Source: Octopus sinensis | Lineage: Eukaryota | DNA: 23,083 nucleotides | Assembly: GCF_006345805.1 (NCBI RefSeq) | Contig: NW_021836760.1 | Coordinates: 1 to 23,083 of the forward strand | Reading direction: 5' to 3' | Shown: piece by piece, positions 1-9,853 of the stretch | Numbering within the stretch: the stretch's first letter is position 1 | How the letters are laid out: every line of letters begins with the position of its first letter | The notes under the pieces: generated by a model | Seen by the model: only the letters and a program-made list of their open reading frames with translations | Told to the model about the DNA's origin: nothing | Database searches by the model: none | Program-made: the position numbers and the translations under genes

Positions 1-972
1 CTCGAATACAATATACAAATGGGTCGATGAAAATAACATGCACTTCAATGCTAAAAAGTTTGAAGCACTACACTATCGGTCCACAAACAGACTACAATGG
101 CGAACGCTCAAAACCATGTGGTAGTGCAAACTCAGAGTCAGGTTCGGTGGAACGTGACTTGGGAATCCACAAGTGTAATAATGCAAATGGTGAGTAGCAG
201 GATGATCATGTTACTCCTATGGGGAACTATCGTTCTCAGTTGTTTGGAATATTGTCCTCAACTGTGGTCGCTGCAGAGCATTATCGAGGCAATGCAGCTC
301 CGGGCGAAATTCTTAGCGGTATTTCGTCTGCCGCTACGTTCTGAGTTCAAATTCCGCCGAGATCGACTTAGCCTTTCATCCTTTCGGGGTCGATTAAATA
401 AGTACCAGCTGTGCACTGGGGTCGATGTAATCGACTTAATCCCTTTGTCTGTCCTTGTTTGTCCCCTCTATGTTTACCCCTTGTGGGCAATAAAGAAATA
501 ACTACTCACAACTGAGCCGGTACATATGATGAGCTACTGGGAGATGCTAGAGAGAAGACATGAAAGATATGCAGTTATATACATTTGGAAGAATCTGGAA
601 GGTCTCGCACCCAACTTTGGTGCTAGAAGATACACCAAATACCAAATGGACAGCACTGCATGGTACCAATCTCATGTGTTCTTCATCTAGAATAAGGACC
701 CAGTACTGTAACAGCTTGTAATCCAAGGCTCCAAATCTATTTAACATTTTACCGAACGGCCTCTGAAATTTGGGAGGTGTAGATGTGAAGATCTTAAAAA
801 AACGTCTCTATAAATTTTTACCTGAGATAAGAGATGAACGGCAGGAGGCACAAACAAAATCAACTCTAACTCGCTACTTCACCAGAATCAATACAGAAAG
901 AATTCCAATCACACTGGAAGGTGGTGCCCCAGCATGGCCAGAACCTCTGACTGAGACGAATAAAGTAATAAA
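1..972 (+). mobile_element. Decayed 3' end of a CR1-group LINE ORF2 (late RT and C-terminal region), interrupted by a SINE at 301-501
   Basis: Manual translation gives IYKWVDENNMHFNAKKFEALHY (from about 11), ERDLGI (about 150-167), IVLSCLEYCPQLWS (about 229-270), MSYWEMLERRHERYAVIYIWKNLEGLAPNFG (from 529) and APNLFNILP, the motif order typical of CR1-group ORF2 C-termini. Frameshifts, stops and deletions are present. Ends near AATAAAGTAATAAAG (about 959-973). Confidence 0.8.
301..501 (+). mobile_element. SINE family B, 5'-truncated, inserted in the LINE
   Basis: B-box-like GAGTTCAAATTCC, central GCCTTTCATCCTTTCGGGGTCGAT...AAGTACCAG domain, A-rich tail AATAAAGAAATAA. Homologous to 12535-12710, 19470-19650 and 8115-8235. 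Confidence 0.8.
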
Positions 973-1499
973 GCGATATGTGTTTGTGTGTGTGGTCGGG
1001 TTGTCGTCGACTAAACTGGCACTTATACCAGGCTGTTCACAAGTGCTACAGGTAACATGGAATCCAGTAGAACCTGTTGCATGGTCGGATTGACAGCGAC
1101 TAAACCGTCACCCCAACCAGGCTACCCTGGTGAGGAGTGTTGTTAGAAACCCAGCAGGGTTAAGAACAAGACCTGTTGAAAGGTGAGATGAACCTAGGGC
1201 AACTTCAACGGTTATCTAGCAATAGCACAGATACGCAGAAATTCCTGGATTGTGTCCGGCGTGCTAGAAGGCCACTGGGAAGGAGGCACCCCTCAACTTC
1301 TGTTGAAGCATGTCTCAAGGAGAAGGCCACACTGATATAATACCAGATATGCAGGGAATGGCATTGGGTATTTTGAGGATCTTTGGCATTGCTGATCTCT
1401 GCTCGATAGGTGCTGCTCCCCCCCCCCCCATATCCTACAATGCACAACGTTCCTGAAGGTCTGCAATGGTCTTTCTCGGTCACGAGTGGACGGCCATCA

Positions 1500-1935
1500 T
1501 GTATATATGCATGTATGTATGTATGCATGTATGTATGCATGTATGTATGTATGTATGTATGTTTGTATGTATGTATGTATGTTTGTATGTATGTATGTTT
1601 GTATGTATGTATGTTTGTACGTATGTTTGTATGTATGTATGTATGTTTGTATGTATGTATGTATGTATGTATGTATGTATGTATTATGTATGTATGTATG
1701 TATGTGTGCAGATTTATAAAGAGGGTATTTTTGAATGTATGTATGTATTCATGTATGTATTATGTATGTATCTTTGTATGTATGTATGTATGTATTGTAT
1801 GTATCTTTGTATGTATGTATGTATGTATGTATGTATGTATGTATGTATGTATGTATGTATGTATGTATGTATTGTATGTATCTTTGTATGTATGTATGTA
1901 TGTATGCATGTATGTATGTGTACACGTATACGTAT
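1500..1935. repeat. (TATG)n microsatellite
   Basis: Seen directly; explains the MYVC/HTYI ORFs. Confidence 0.97.
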
Positions 1936-2399
1936 GCTTGCAATGTGTGAACTTGTATTTTTTGTTCGTGGATTTCAAAAAGTAAATCTGATTGTGTGTT
2001 TAAAATCTTTTCATATAACGAAAGAATGATTAGAGACAGACAGAAAAGTATGTTATCTGCTGATGAAGAGGCTTTGATTTACAAGCATTTTATAGATAGC
2101 TATTCTCTGTCCACCGATAGAGAACCTGCTATAGATCTGCTTGCAAAATGTATTCAATAAACCTTGTTTTGCGTGACACGTCTTCGCTAACCTATATTTA
2201 ACACTCCCATGAGGTATTTGAGGTTGTATATGATTTAAATAACATCTCATAGAACAAGGTTTGACTTGATCTACTTCCAAAATAAACCAAGATAATGAAA
2301 ACCGTTAAAAAACAAACATAGGATACATTTGAAGAACATGATTTTATTATTCAAAAGCGATACTCTTCTCTCTCTCACTCTCATTATGGCTTTCTCTAA

Positions 2400-2624
2400 A
2401 TACATACATACATACGGACATATGTATACATACATTCAGACATACATACTACATACATATATACATACATACATACGTAAATATATACACCTATCTATCT
2501 AATTATCTATCTGTCTATCACTATTATCCATACATATATTTATATATATATACATATATATTTGGTGAAATAGAAAGATGAATAATCTTGTTGCAGATTT
2601 CTTCAATTCACTAATAATATATAC

Positions 2625-2658
<34 letters not shown>

Positions 2659-2968
2659 TACATGCATACACACACATGCTTAAATATATGTATATGTCAT
2701 ATATATATTATATAAATGTGTATATATATTCATATATAAGTATATATATGTATGTATATATATATGCATATATATAATATATATATATTATATATATATA
2801 TATATATATAATATATATATATATATAATATATTATACATATATATATACAATAGAGAGAGAGAGAGATACATACAACATACATACATACATACATACAT
2901 ACATACATACATACATACATACATACATACATACATACATACATACGTAATACATACATACATACATG
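2400..2968. repeat. Compound (TACA)n/(TA)n microsatellite
   Basis: Seen directly. Confidence 0.93.
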
Positions 2969-2972
2969 CAGA

Positions 2973-3175
2973 GGATCTTTTCTAAAAGATGGACAGATTT
3001 TTCTAGTTAACTAAACAATTTGAAACTTCGTATACTGGTAGAATGTGTCAAAGAAAACATTAATCAACTAGATTTTTTGAGAAAATTGTATTTTGTAACT
3101 TTACGTAGTTTAATTCTTCGAATTTTAACCAATGAAATCCCAGCATTTGACCTAAATTCATTTGCTGCCTCTAAG
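2973..3175 (+). mobile_element. Solo left arm of the GGATC-ended TIR element family
   Basis: GGATCTTTTC...TTTCTAGTTAACTAAACAATTTGAAACTTCGTATACTGGTAGAATGTGT...TTCTTCGAATTTTAACCAATGAA, closely matching 8916-9110. No right arm found. Confidence 0.8.
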
Positions 3176-3429
3176 TAAACGGCACACACATACACACGCA
3201 CACGTGTTATTCATCCATCACTTCTGTCTTCTGTAGGTGCTAGAAATAACAGCTATATCTCTTAAATCGATGAATTTCGTCACCCAATAAAAATATTAAC
3301 GATATTTTTGGACTTTTAAAGCATGTTCGTATCCGTTCTGCTTTCGCAGGACATCAAATTTTTTTTGCGGTTTCCACGCATTGTCTTGTTATTTCCTATA
3401 AAATCATGCCTAACGCACCACTTACATAC

Positions 3430-4190
3430 TTCACACGCACACATACACAACAAACACACACACACACACACACACATACACGACAAAAACACACACACAC
3501 ACACATACACAACAATACACACACACACACACACATACACGACAAAAACACACACACACACACACATACACAACAATAACACACACACACACACACCGCA
3601 CACACATACACAACAAAAACACACACACAGGTAATCGATCCGTAAGTCAGGGATGACATTGAAATAAACATGGGTACCTGTGTGTGTGTGTTTTTGTTGT
3701 GTATGTGTGTGCGTGTGTGTGTTTGTTGTGTGTGTGTTATTGTCGTGTATGTGTGTGTGTGTGTGTTTTTGTTGAGTATGTGTGTTTTTGTTGTGTATGT
3801 GTGTGTGTGTGTTTGTTGTGTGTGTATGTGTGTTACTGTTGTGTATGTGTGTGTGTGTGTGTTTTTGCTGTGTATGTGTATGTGTGTGTGTTTGTTGTGT
3901 ATGTGTGTTTTTGTTGTGTATGTGTGTGCGTGTGTGTGAGTTATTGTTGTGTATGTGTATGTGTGTGTGTGTGTGTTGTTGTGTATGTGTGTTTTTGTTG
4001 TGTATGTGTGTGCGTGTGTGTGTTTGTTGTGTGTGTGTTATTGTTGTGTATGTGTGTGTGTGTGTTATTGTTGTGTATGTGTGTGTGTGTGTGTTTTTGT
4101 TGTGTATGTGTGTTTTTGTTGTGTATGTGTGTTTTTGTTGTGTATGTGTGTGCGTGTGTGTGTTTGTTGTGTGTGTGTGTGTTATTGTTG
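3430..4190. repeat. Inverted (fold-back) array of a CA-rich minisatellite around a 41-bp spacer
   Basis: Left arm ends ...CAACAAAAACACACACACAGGTA at 3633; right arm starts TACCTGTGTGTGTGTGTTTTTGTTG at 3675. Confidence 0.9.
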
Positions 4191-4241
4191 TCTATCATCA
4201 TCATTGTTCCCAGTCCTCCTCACAACATCAGTACAATATCA

Positions 4242-5478
4242 GGATCTTTTCTATTTTGAGGCCAGTTTTTTCAGATTTTTCCTACTGAACCAAACAATTT
4301 GAAACTTCGTATACTGGTAGAATGTGTCAAAAGTAAACTTAATTGTAAACCAGAATGAAAACGGAATTGTAACTTCTAAGTTTAACGTTGTTTAATAATT
4401 AGAATTTTAACCAATGATATTCCGTCATTCGGCTTTATTTTATTTACTCCGTCTCGACCACCAATTTCGTGACGTATTTAACATCTTAAATGTAAACAAG
4501 CTATAGTCAGCCACCTTCTAATAACAATATTTAAAACTAGTTAATAAGCCACATGTATTAAATTGAAAATGTTTCCATTCTGTATGTCTGCATGTATGTG
4601 TGTGTGTATGTATGTGTAAGTATGTGTGTGTGTGTATGTATGTATAGCCGATTCATCGTAATCGTAATTACGATGAATTGGCCATACATACATAGATACA
4701 TACACACACACATACATGCAGACATACATATACACATACACCGAGTAAAAAATTTCAGTTATCTCTCTCTTTCACACATTACTCTCTCTGTCTCTTCACA
4801 CACACTAACAGAAGCACTTCACTTACACAACATACTGTCTCCCACACCCCATCAAACACACACACACACACACACACACATGTACATCAATGCTTCCCCT
4901 AGACCAGGGGTGGGCAAACTACGGCCCGCGGGCCGCATGCGGCCCGTCATAGGTTTCATGCGGCCCGCCGAGAGCTTTTATGAATCCCAACTTCTATGCA
5001 GATACTTCGTAACTGTACGGTAATTCACAATATTTCACTTGATTTTTATAAATGAGGCCCGCCAAGGTTCAAAAAAAGTTGCCCACCCCTGCCCTAGACG
5101 GTAACTTCAAAGACAAACTTCCCTCGTCATAAAATCGCTTCCTCTTAGTCTCTTTCGCTTCTCATTACTTATGTAAAAAAATAAAAGTATTTCGTCTGCC
5201 GTGTTTGTTTACAGTTTTCCGAAAAGTTAGTACGTCACAAAAGCGTTTTCTACGTCACACTAATAGAATGCAGTCAAGTTTTACACATGAAAACAAACAA
5301 TCTGATTGGTTAAAATTCGCAGTTTTAATCTACGATTAAAGTCATAAAATAGATTTTTCTCAAATAAACTAGTTCCAACCTGTGTCTTGTTTTGCTAGAC
5401 TCTATCAGCATACGAAGTTTCAGATTATTTAGTTAAGTAGAAATATCTGTGGTCCTGGCTTCAGAATAGAAAAGATCC
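4242..5478. mobile_element. Non-autonomous DNA transposon of the GGATC TIR family, 1237 bp, 8-bp TSD
   Basis: Starts GGATCTTTTCTATTTTGAGGCCAG and ends CTGGCTTCAGAATAGAAAAGATCC; imperfect TIRs of about 170 bp; exact TSD CAATATCA at 4234-4241 and 5479-5486. Confidence 0.9.
4905..5091. mobile_element. hAT (Charlie-type) MITE, 187 bp, nested in the 4242-5478 element
   Basis: TIR CAGGGGTGGGCAA / TTGCCCACCCCTG; subterminal GGCCCG repeats; exact 8-bp TSD CCCTAGAC at 4897-4904 and 5092-5099, close to the Charlie NTCTAGAN target preference. Confidence 0.93.
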
Positions 5479-5719
5479 CAATATCATTCATGAAGAAGTT
5501 GGTGAAGAGAAGAAAATCAGAGACGATCTAATCAACAACATCGTTTCGCTTATCTATTATCTATCATGGCACGTTAATGATTTCCCCATTGCTTTAGTTT
5601 CTGGCTATTGTTGCTTTTTAATTGTGTTTAATGTACTCTTTTCAACAGAAAGGGAAATGACGGGAGATAATCCCAATACACTATACATACATATATACAA
5701 TATATATAAAAATATATAA

Positions 5720-5961
5720 CACGCATTGAGTTGAAACAGGGGCAGCTGATGAAGGGGAATACTCCTTGTATTGTTTGTCTTGTACTCTGTTTTTTCGTTG
5801 TTAAAAAAAAGTCCGTTTCCTTGTTTGATTTTATGTTTTCGTTTCTCGTTGTGTTCTACGTTTATTTGTGGGGTCCTGTACTCATATATGCATGTATATA
5901 TACATATAGATGTAGGTATGTACATATTATGTATGTATGCATATGTTTTATTATTAAATTG

Positions 5962-5963
<2 letters not shown>
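5720..5963 (+). repeat. Interspersed repeat, copy A (possibly a Penelope-like terminal repeat relic)
   Basis: GAAACAGGGGCA...GGGGAATA...GTCTTGTACTCTGTTTTTTCGTTGTT...ATATATGCATGTATATATACATATAGATGTAGGTATG matches the reverse complement of 16810-17060. The Penelope assignment is inference. Confidence 0.7.
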
Positions 5964-6034
<71 letters not shown>

Positions 6035-6036
<2 letters not shown>

Positions 6037-6199
6037 CGCAGGAGTGGCTGTGTGGTAGGTAGGTTGCTTACTAACACATGGATCCGGGTTCAGTCCCACT
6101 GCGTGACACCTGGGTAAGTGTCTTCTGCTATAGCCTCGGGCAGACCAAAGACTTGTGAAGGGATTTTGTAGACGGAAACTGTAAGAAGCCGTCTCATAT

Positions 6200-6245
<46 letters not shown>

Positions 6246-6513
6246 AGTATATATATATGTGTATATGTATATGTATATATTTGGTGTGTGTATATGTATA
6301 TGTTTGTGTGTCTGTGTTTGTCCCCCCAACATCGCTTGACAACCGATGCTAGTGTGTTTACGACCCCGTCACTTAGCGGTTTGGCAAGAGTCATCGATAG
6401 AATAAGTACTAGGCTTACAAAGAATAAGACCTGGGGTAGATTTGCTCGACTAAAGCGGGTGCTCCAGCATGGCTGCAGTCAAATGACTGAAACAAATAAA
6501 AGAAGGAATAAAA

Positions 6514-6516
<3 letters not shown>
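6035..6516 (+). mobile_element. tRNA-derived SINE family A, near full length, with internal (TA)n
   Basis: A-box-like TGGCTGTGTGGTAG, B-box-like GGGTTCAGTCCC, body ...GACGGAAACTG..., tail CAGTCAAATGACTGAAACAAATAAAAGAA; three further copies in the window; flanked by (TA)n. Confidence 0.9.
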
Positions 6517-6548
<32 letters not shown>

Positions 6549-6678
6549 AAAATAAATAAAATAATAAAAAAGGGGTAAATAATTTTTCCGTGGTTTTTTA
6601 GATAACCAACAATTATTTACCGGTAAATTTCGGTATGTAAATATGACGTTTAGCGTCAGGAACTTCTGTAGAGTTCAG

Positions 6679-7217
6679 TATATATAGTAAATATAATTAA
6701 AAGGGCAAGCAACAGGTTGCTCTGCCGCATACCAAAGGAATTAGAAATGGCAGTCAAAGACTGTTTATCTCCATTTTCTACAAGTGGATGTTCCATATAC
6801 GACATAACCCTGCGATTCACATACGCAAAATCGGAGTAGTAAATAAACGAAAACAATCTCTTACCGTTAATGGTGAACATGTTTCTAGATCGTAGGCTAG
6901 AAATTGCCTAATTTCTTTCGTCAACACCATATTCGATAGATCTATATCCGATAGATCTATCGAATATTTTGTTGACGAAAGAATTTAGGCAATTTCTAGC
7001 CTACGATCTAGAAACATGTTCACCATTAACGGTAAGAGATTGTTTTCGTTTATTTACTACTCCGATTTTGCGTATGTGAATCGCAGGGTTATGTCGTATA
7101 TGGAGCCCCCACTTGTAGAAAATGGAAATAAACAGTCTTTGACTGCCATTTCTAATTCCTTCGGTATGCGGCAGAGCAACCTGTTGCCTGCCCTTTTAAT
7201 TATATTTACTATATATA
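6679..7217. mobile_element. 539-bp near-perfect palindrome, probably a MITE inserted in (TA)n
   Basis: Arms 6679-6945 and 6951-7217 are reverse complements (9 mismatches by manual count, no indels) around a 5-nt loop ATCCG; mirrored ORFs at 6880(-) and 7016(+) confirm the axis. Confidence 0.88.
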
Positions 7218-7233
7218 TATACACATATATATA

Positions 7234-7318
<85 letters not shown>

Positions 7319-7579
7319 GCATCTATGTGTGTGTATGTGTGTACATATACATGAATCACCCCATTTTTTTTAACTTCGTTTTTTCTCCATCTATGTTCGG
7401 TGTATATATAGGTATATGTCTGTGCATGTGTGTATTTATGTGCATGTATAAGTATTTATATATGCGTGTGTGTCTGTGCGTGTCTACATATGTATTTTTG
7501 TTTATTCGAATATAAGTGTGTGCGCATCGATGGAATGTTCAATAGAAATACGGGCTAGTCTCACAAGATTAATATGGTT

Positions 7580-7973
7580 TTTCTTTCTTTTATTCTTTTA
7601 CTTGTTTCAGTCATTTGACTGCGGCCATGCTAGAGCACCACCTTTAGTCGAACAAATCGACCCCATAATTTATTCTTTATGAGCCCAGTACTTATTCTAT
7701 CGGTCTATTTTGTCGAACCGCTATATTACAGGGATGTAAACAAACAAGCATCGGTTATCAAGCGATGATGGGAGGACAAACACAGACACACAAACACACA
7801 CACACCCACACACATACATATATACGACGGGCTTCTTTCAGTTTCTGTCTACCAAATCCACTCCCAAGGTTTTGGTCAGCCCGAGGCTATAGTAGAAGAC
7901 ACTTGCCCAAGATTCTACGCACCTTGAACCCGGAACTATGTGGTTGGGCAGCAAGCTTCTTACCATACAGCCA
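7580..7973 (-). mobile_element. tRNA-derived SINE family A, near full length
   Basis: Reverse complement of 6035-6516 (TGTTTCAGTCATTTGACTGC ... CTTCTTTCAGTTTC ... TGAACCCGGAAC ... TACCATACAGCCA). Confidence 0.9.
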
Positions 7974-8114
7974 TAGGGTGTAATGTCTCATCAAATTTCT
8001 TTTTTAAATAACTGCTAGTATTTACTTTCGTCCTTTATTGAGTTCAAGTAACGACGAGGCCAACATTGCTAGCCATTCCTCCGTAGTTCATAGAATAGAG
8101 GACCAATTATATAT

Positions 8115-8235
8115 TGGTTTCAAATTTTGGTACAAAATCACCAAGTTCGAAGATGTGGGTAAATTGATTACAGCGATTCCATTGCTCAAATGTTACTTTT
8201 TTTATCGACCCCGAAAGGTTGAAAGGCAAAACTCA
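8115..8235 (-). mobile_element. Degenerate SINE family B 3' fragment
   Basis: TTATCGACCCCGAAAGGTTGAAAGGCAAAA is the reverse complement of the family B central domain; GTTTCAAATTTTGG matches the tail at about 19636-19650. Confidence 0.65.
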
Positions 8236-8612
8236 TTTAATAGACAAAAACTCCCTAATGAAATAATCAAAATCAGAAATCAACACCCAAGAGAAATAAT
8301 ATCGATAAAATCAATTAATGCCAATATTTGGAAAATTCAGAGTGTAGTGTAGAGTGAATTTAGTCTATATAAACTATTGGAGACAGCTACTGACATGTTT
8401 CGATATTATTAAATCTCCTCGAAGGCGGCCAACTGACAGATTTGCTACTGCATCGGATAAGACACTTAACGGCATTTATTCCTGCTCAATAAAATTTGTA
8501 ACTTTTATAATTCCTCGGCGAAGCATCTGCTCAGTTGATTAGAATATACCAGAATAAAAAGTGATCAATATAGATAGAAATAGATGGAATGCAGAGGTTC
8601 ATTAAGAATATA

Positions 8613-9154
8613 GGCGTAGGTGTGGTTGTGTGGTAAGAATCTTGCTTCCCAGCCTCATGGTTTCGGGTTCAGTCCCACTGCGTAGCACTTTGGGTGTCTT
8701 CTACTATAGTCTCGGGCCGACCAAAGCCTTCTGAGTGGATTTGGTAAACGGAAACTGAAAAAAGCCCATCGTATATGTGTGTGTGCGTGTGTCTTCCCGC
8801 CATCGCTTGACAATCCATACTGGTGTATTTATGTCCTCGTAACGTAACGGTTCGGCAAAAGAGACCGATAGAATAAGTAATAGGCTTACAAAGAATAAGA
8901 CCTGGGGTCGATTTGGGATCTTTTCCTTTTGATGGACGGAATTTCTAGTTAACTAAGCAATTTGAAACTTCGTATACTGGTAGATTGTGTGAAAAGAAAA
9001 CATTACTTTTCACTTGGCTTTTTTGAGAAAATTGTAATTTGTAAGTTTAACGTAGTTTAATTCTTCGAATTTTAACCAATGAATTGCCAGCATTTGAGCT
9101 GAAATCATTTGCTGCGTTATCGATATTGATAAACAAACGAGGAGACGCACGCCG

Positions 9155-9199
<45 letters not shown>

Positions 9200-9242
9200 T
9201 CAGATACATACACACGTACACTTGCACACACACTCTCTGTCA

Positions 9243-9292
<50 letters not shown>

Positions 9293-9480
9293 CACATGCA
9301 TTTGTTAAAATTCGAAGAATTAAACTACGTTAAACTTAAAAATTACAATTTTCTCAAAAAAGCCAAGTGAAAATAATGTTTTCTTTTCACACATTCTATC
9401 AGTATACGAAGTTTCAAATTGTTTAGTTAACTAGAAATTCCGTCCATCAAAAGGAAAAGATCCTCGATTTGTTCAACCGA
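8613..9480 (+). mobile_element. tRNA-derived SINE family A, interrupted by a MITE at 8916-9463
   Basis: Head GGCGTAGGTGTGGTTGTGTGGTAAG...GGGTTCAGTCCCACTGCG; body runs to GACCTGGGGTCGATTTG and resumes as TCGATTTGTTCAAC after the MITE. Confidence 0.88.
8916..9463. mobile_element. MITE of the GGATC TIR family, 548 bp, near-perfect TIRs of about 165 bp, 8-bp TSD
   Basis: GGATCTTTTCCTTTTGATGGACGGAATTTCTAGTTAAC ... GTTAACTAGAAATTCCGTCCATCAAAAGGAAAAGATCC; TSD TCGATTTG at 8908-8915 and 9464-9471; internal (CA)n/(CT)n. Confidence 0.95.
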
Positions 9481-9784
9481 GAAAAGCACATGCGGTAGAT
9501 TTTCGTATTTCTGCCCCCAGAAGATACGTACTTTGGTTGTTCTGCTAGGCTAATGGTGCATAGGGGTGAGTCAAGGGAGAAGAACGAGAGTCTATGTCTG
9601 CTCACGATACCATCAGCACCTCAAACAATATACTCATATGCATGGTTTGAGGAGATTTAGCTGTTGTTGTTTTTTAAATCCAGCGACTGCGTAGATCGTC
9701 CCTTTTGCTGAATTCGTCTCATCTTTTTACTGTTGTTGTTGTTGCTTTTCATGGTGAAGGCGGTGATTGCGTTGGTTGTGTTAC

Positions 9785-9853
9785 TGGTGGTGGTGGTGGT
9801 GGTGGCAGCGGCGGTGGCGATGGGGATGGTGGTGGTGATGGTGGTGGTGGCGA
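9785..9853. repeat. (GGT/GGC)n microsatellite
   Basis: Seen directly. Confidence 0.9.

Noticed and set aside
1205-2029. Long ORFs (MYVC/HTYI repeats), and similar ones at 2708-2963, 3316-4302, 5731-6394 and 14301-14786
   Set aside because: Stop-free translations of microsatellites in several frames; no protein-like composition.
2078-2290. H/ACA snoRNA reading of the twin hairpins
   Set aside because: No ANANNA box in the hinge and no properly placed ACA tail.
5733-5770. Hammerhead core CTGATGA at about 5746 (also about 2060)
   Set aside because: No stem II followed by GAAA downstream in either case.
6035-6110. tRNA gene
   Set aside because: A/B boxes are present but I cannot fold a cloverleaf; it continues into a SINE body seen four times in the window.
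6656-7354. Divergent twin ORFs with the same MFTINGKRLF... peptide
   Set aside because: A by-product of the DNA palindrome; one runs into (TA)n and neither has a recognisable domain.
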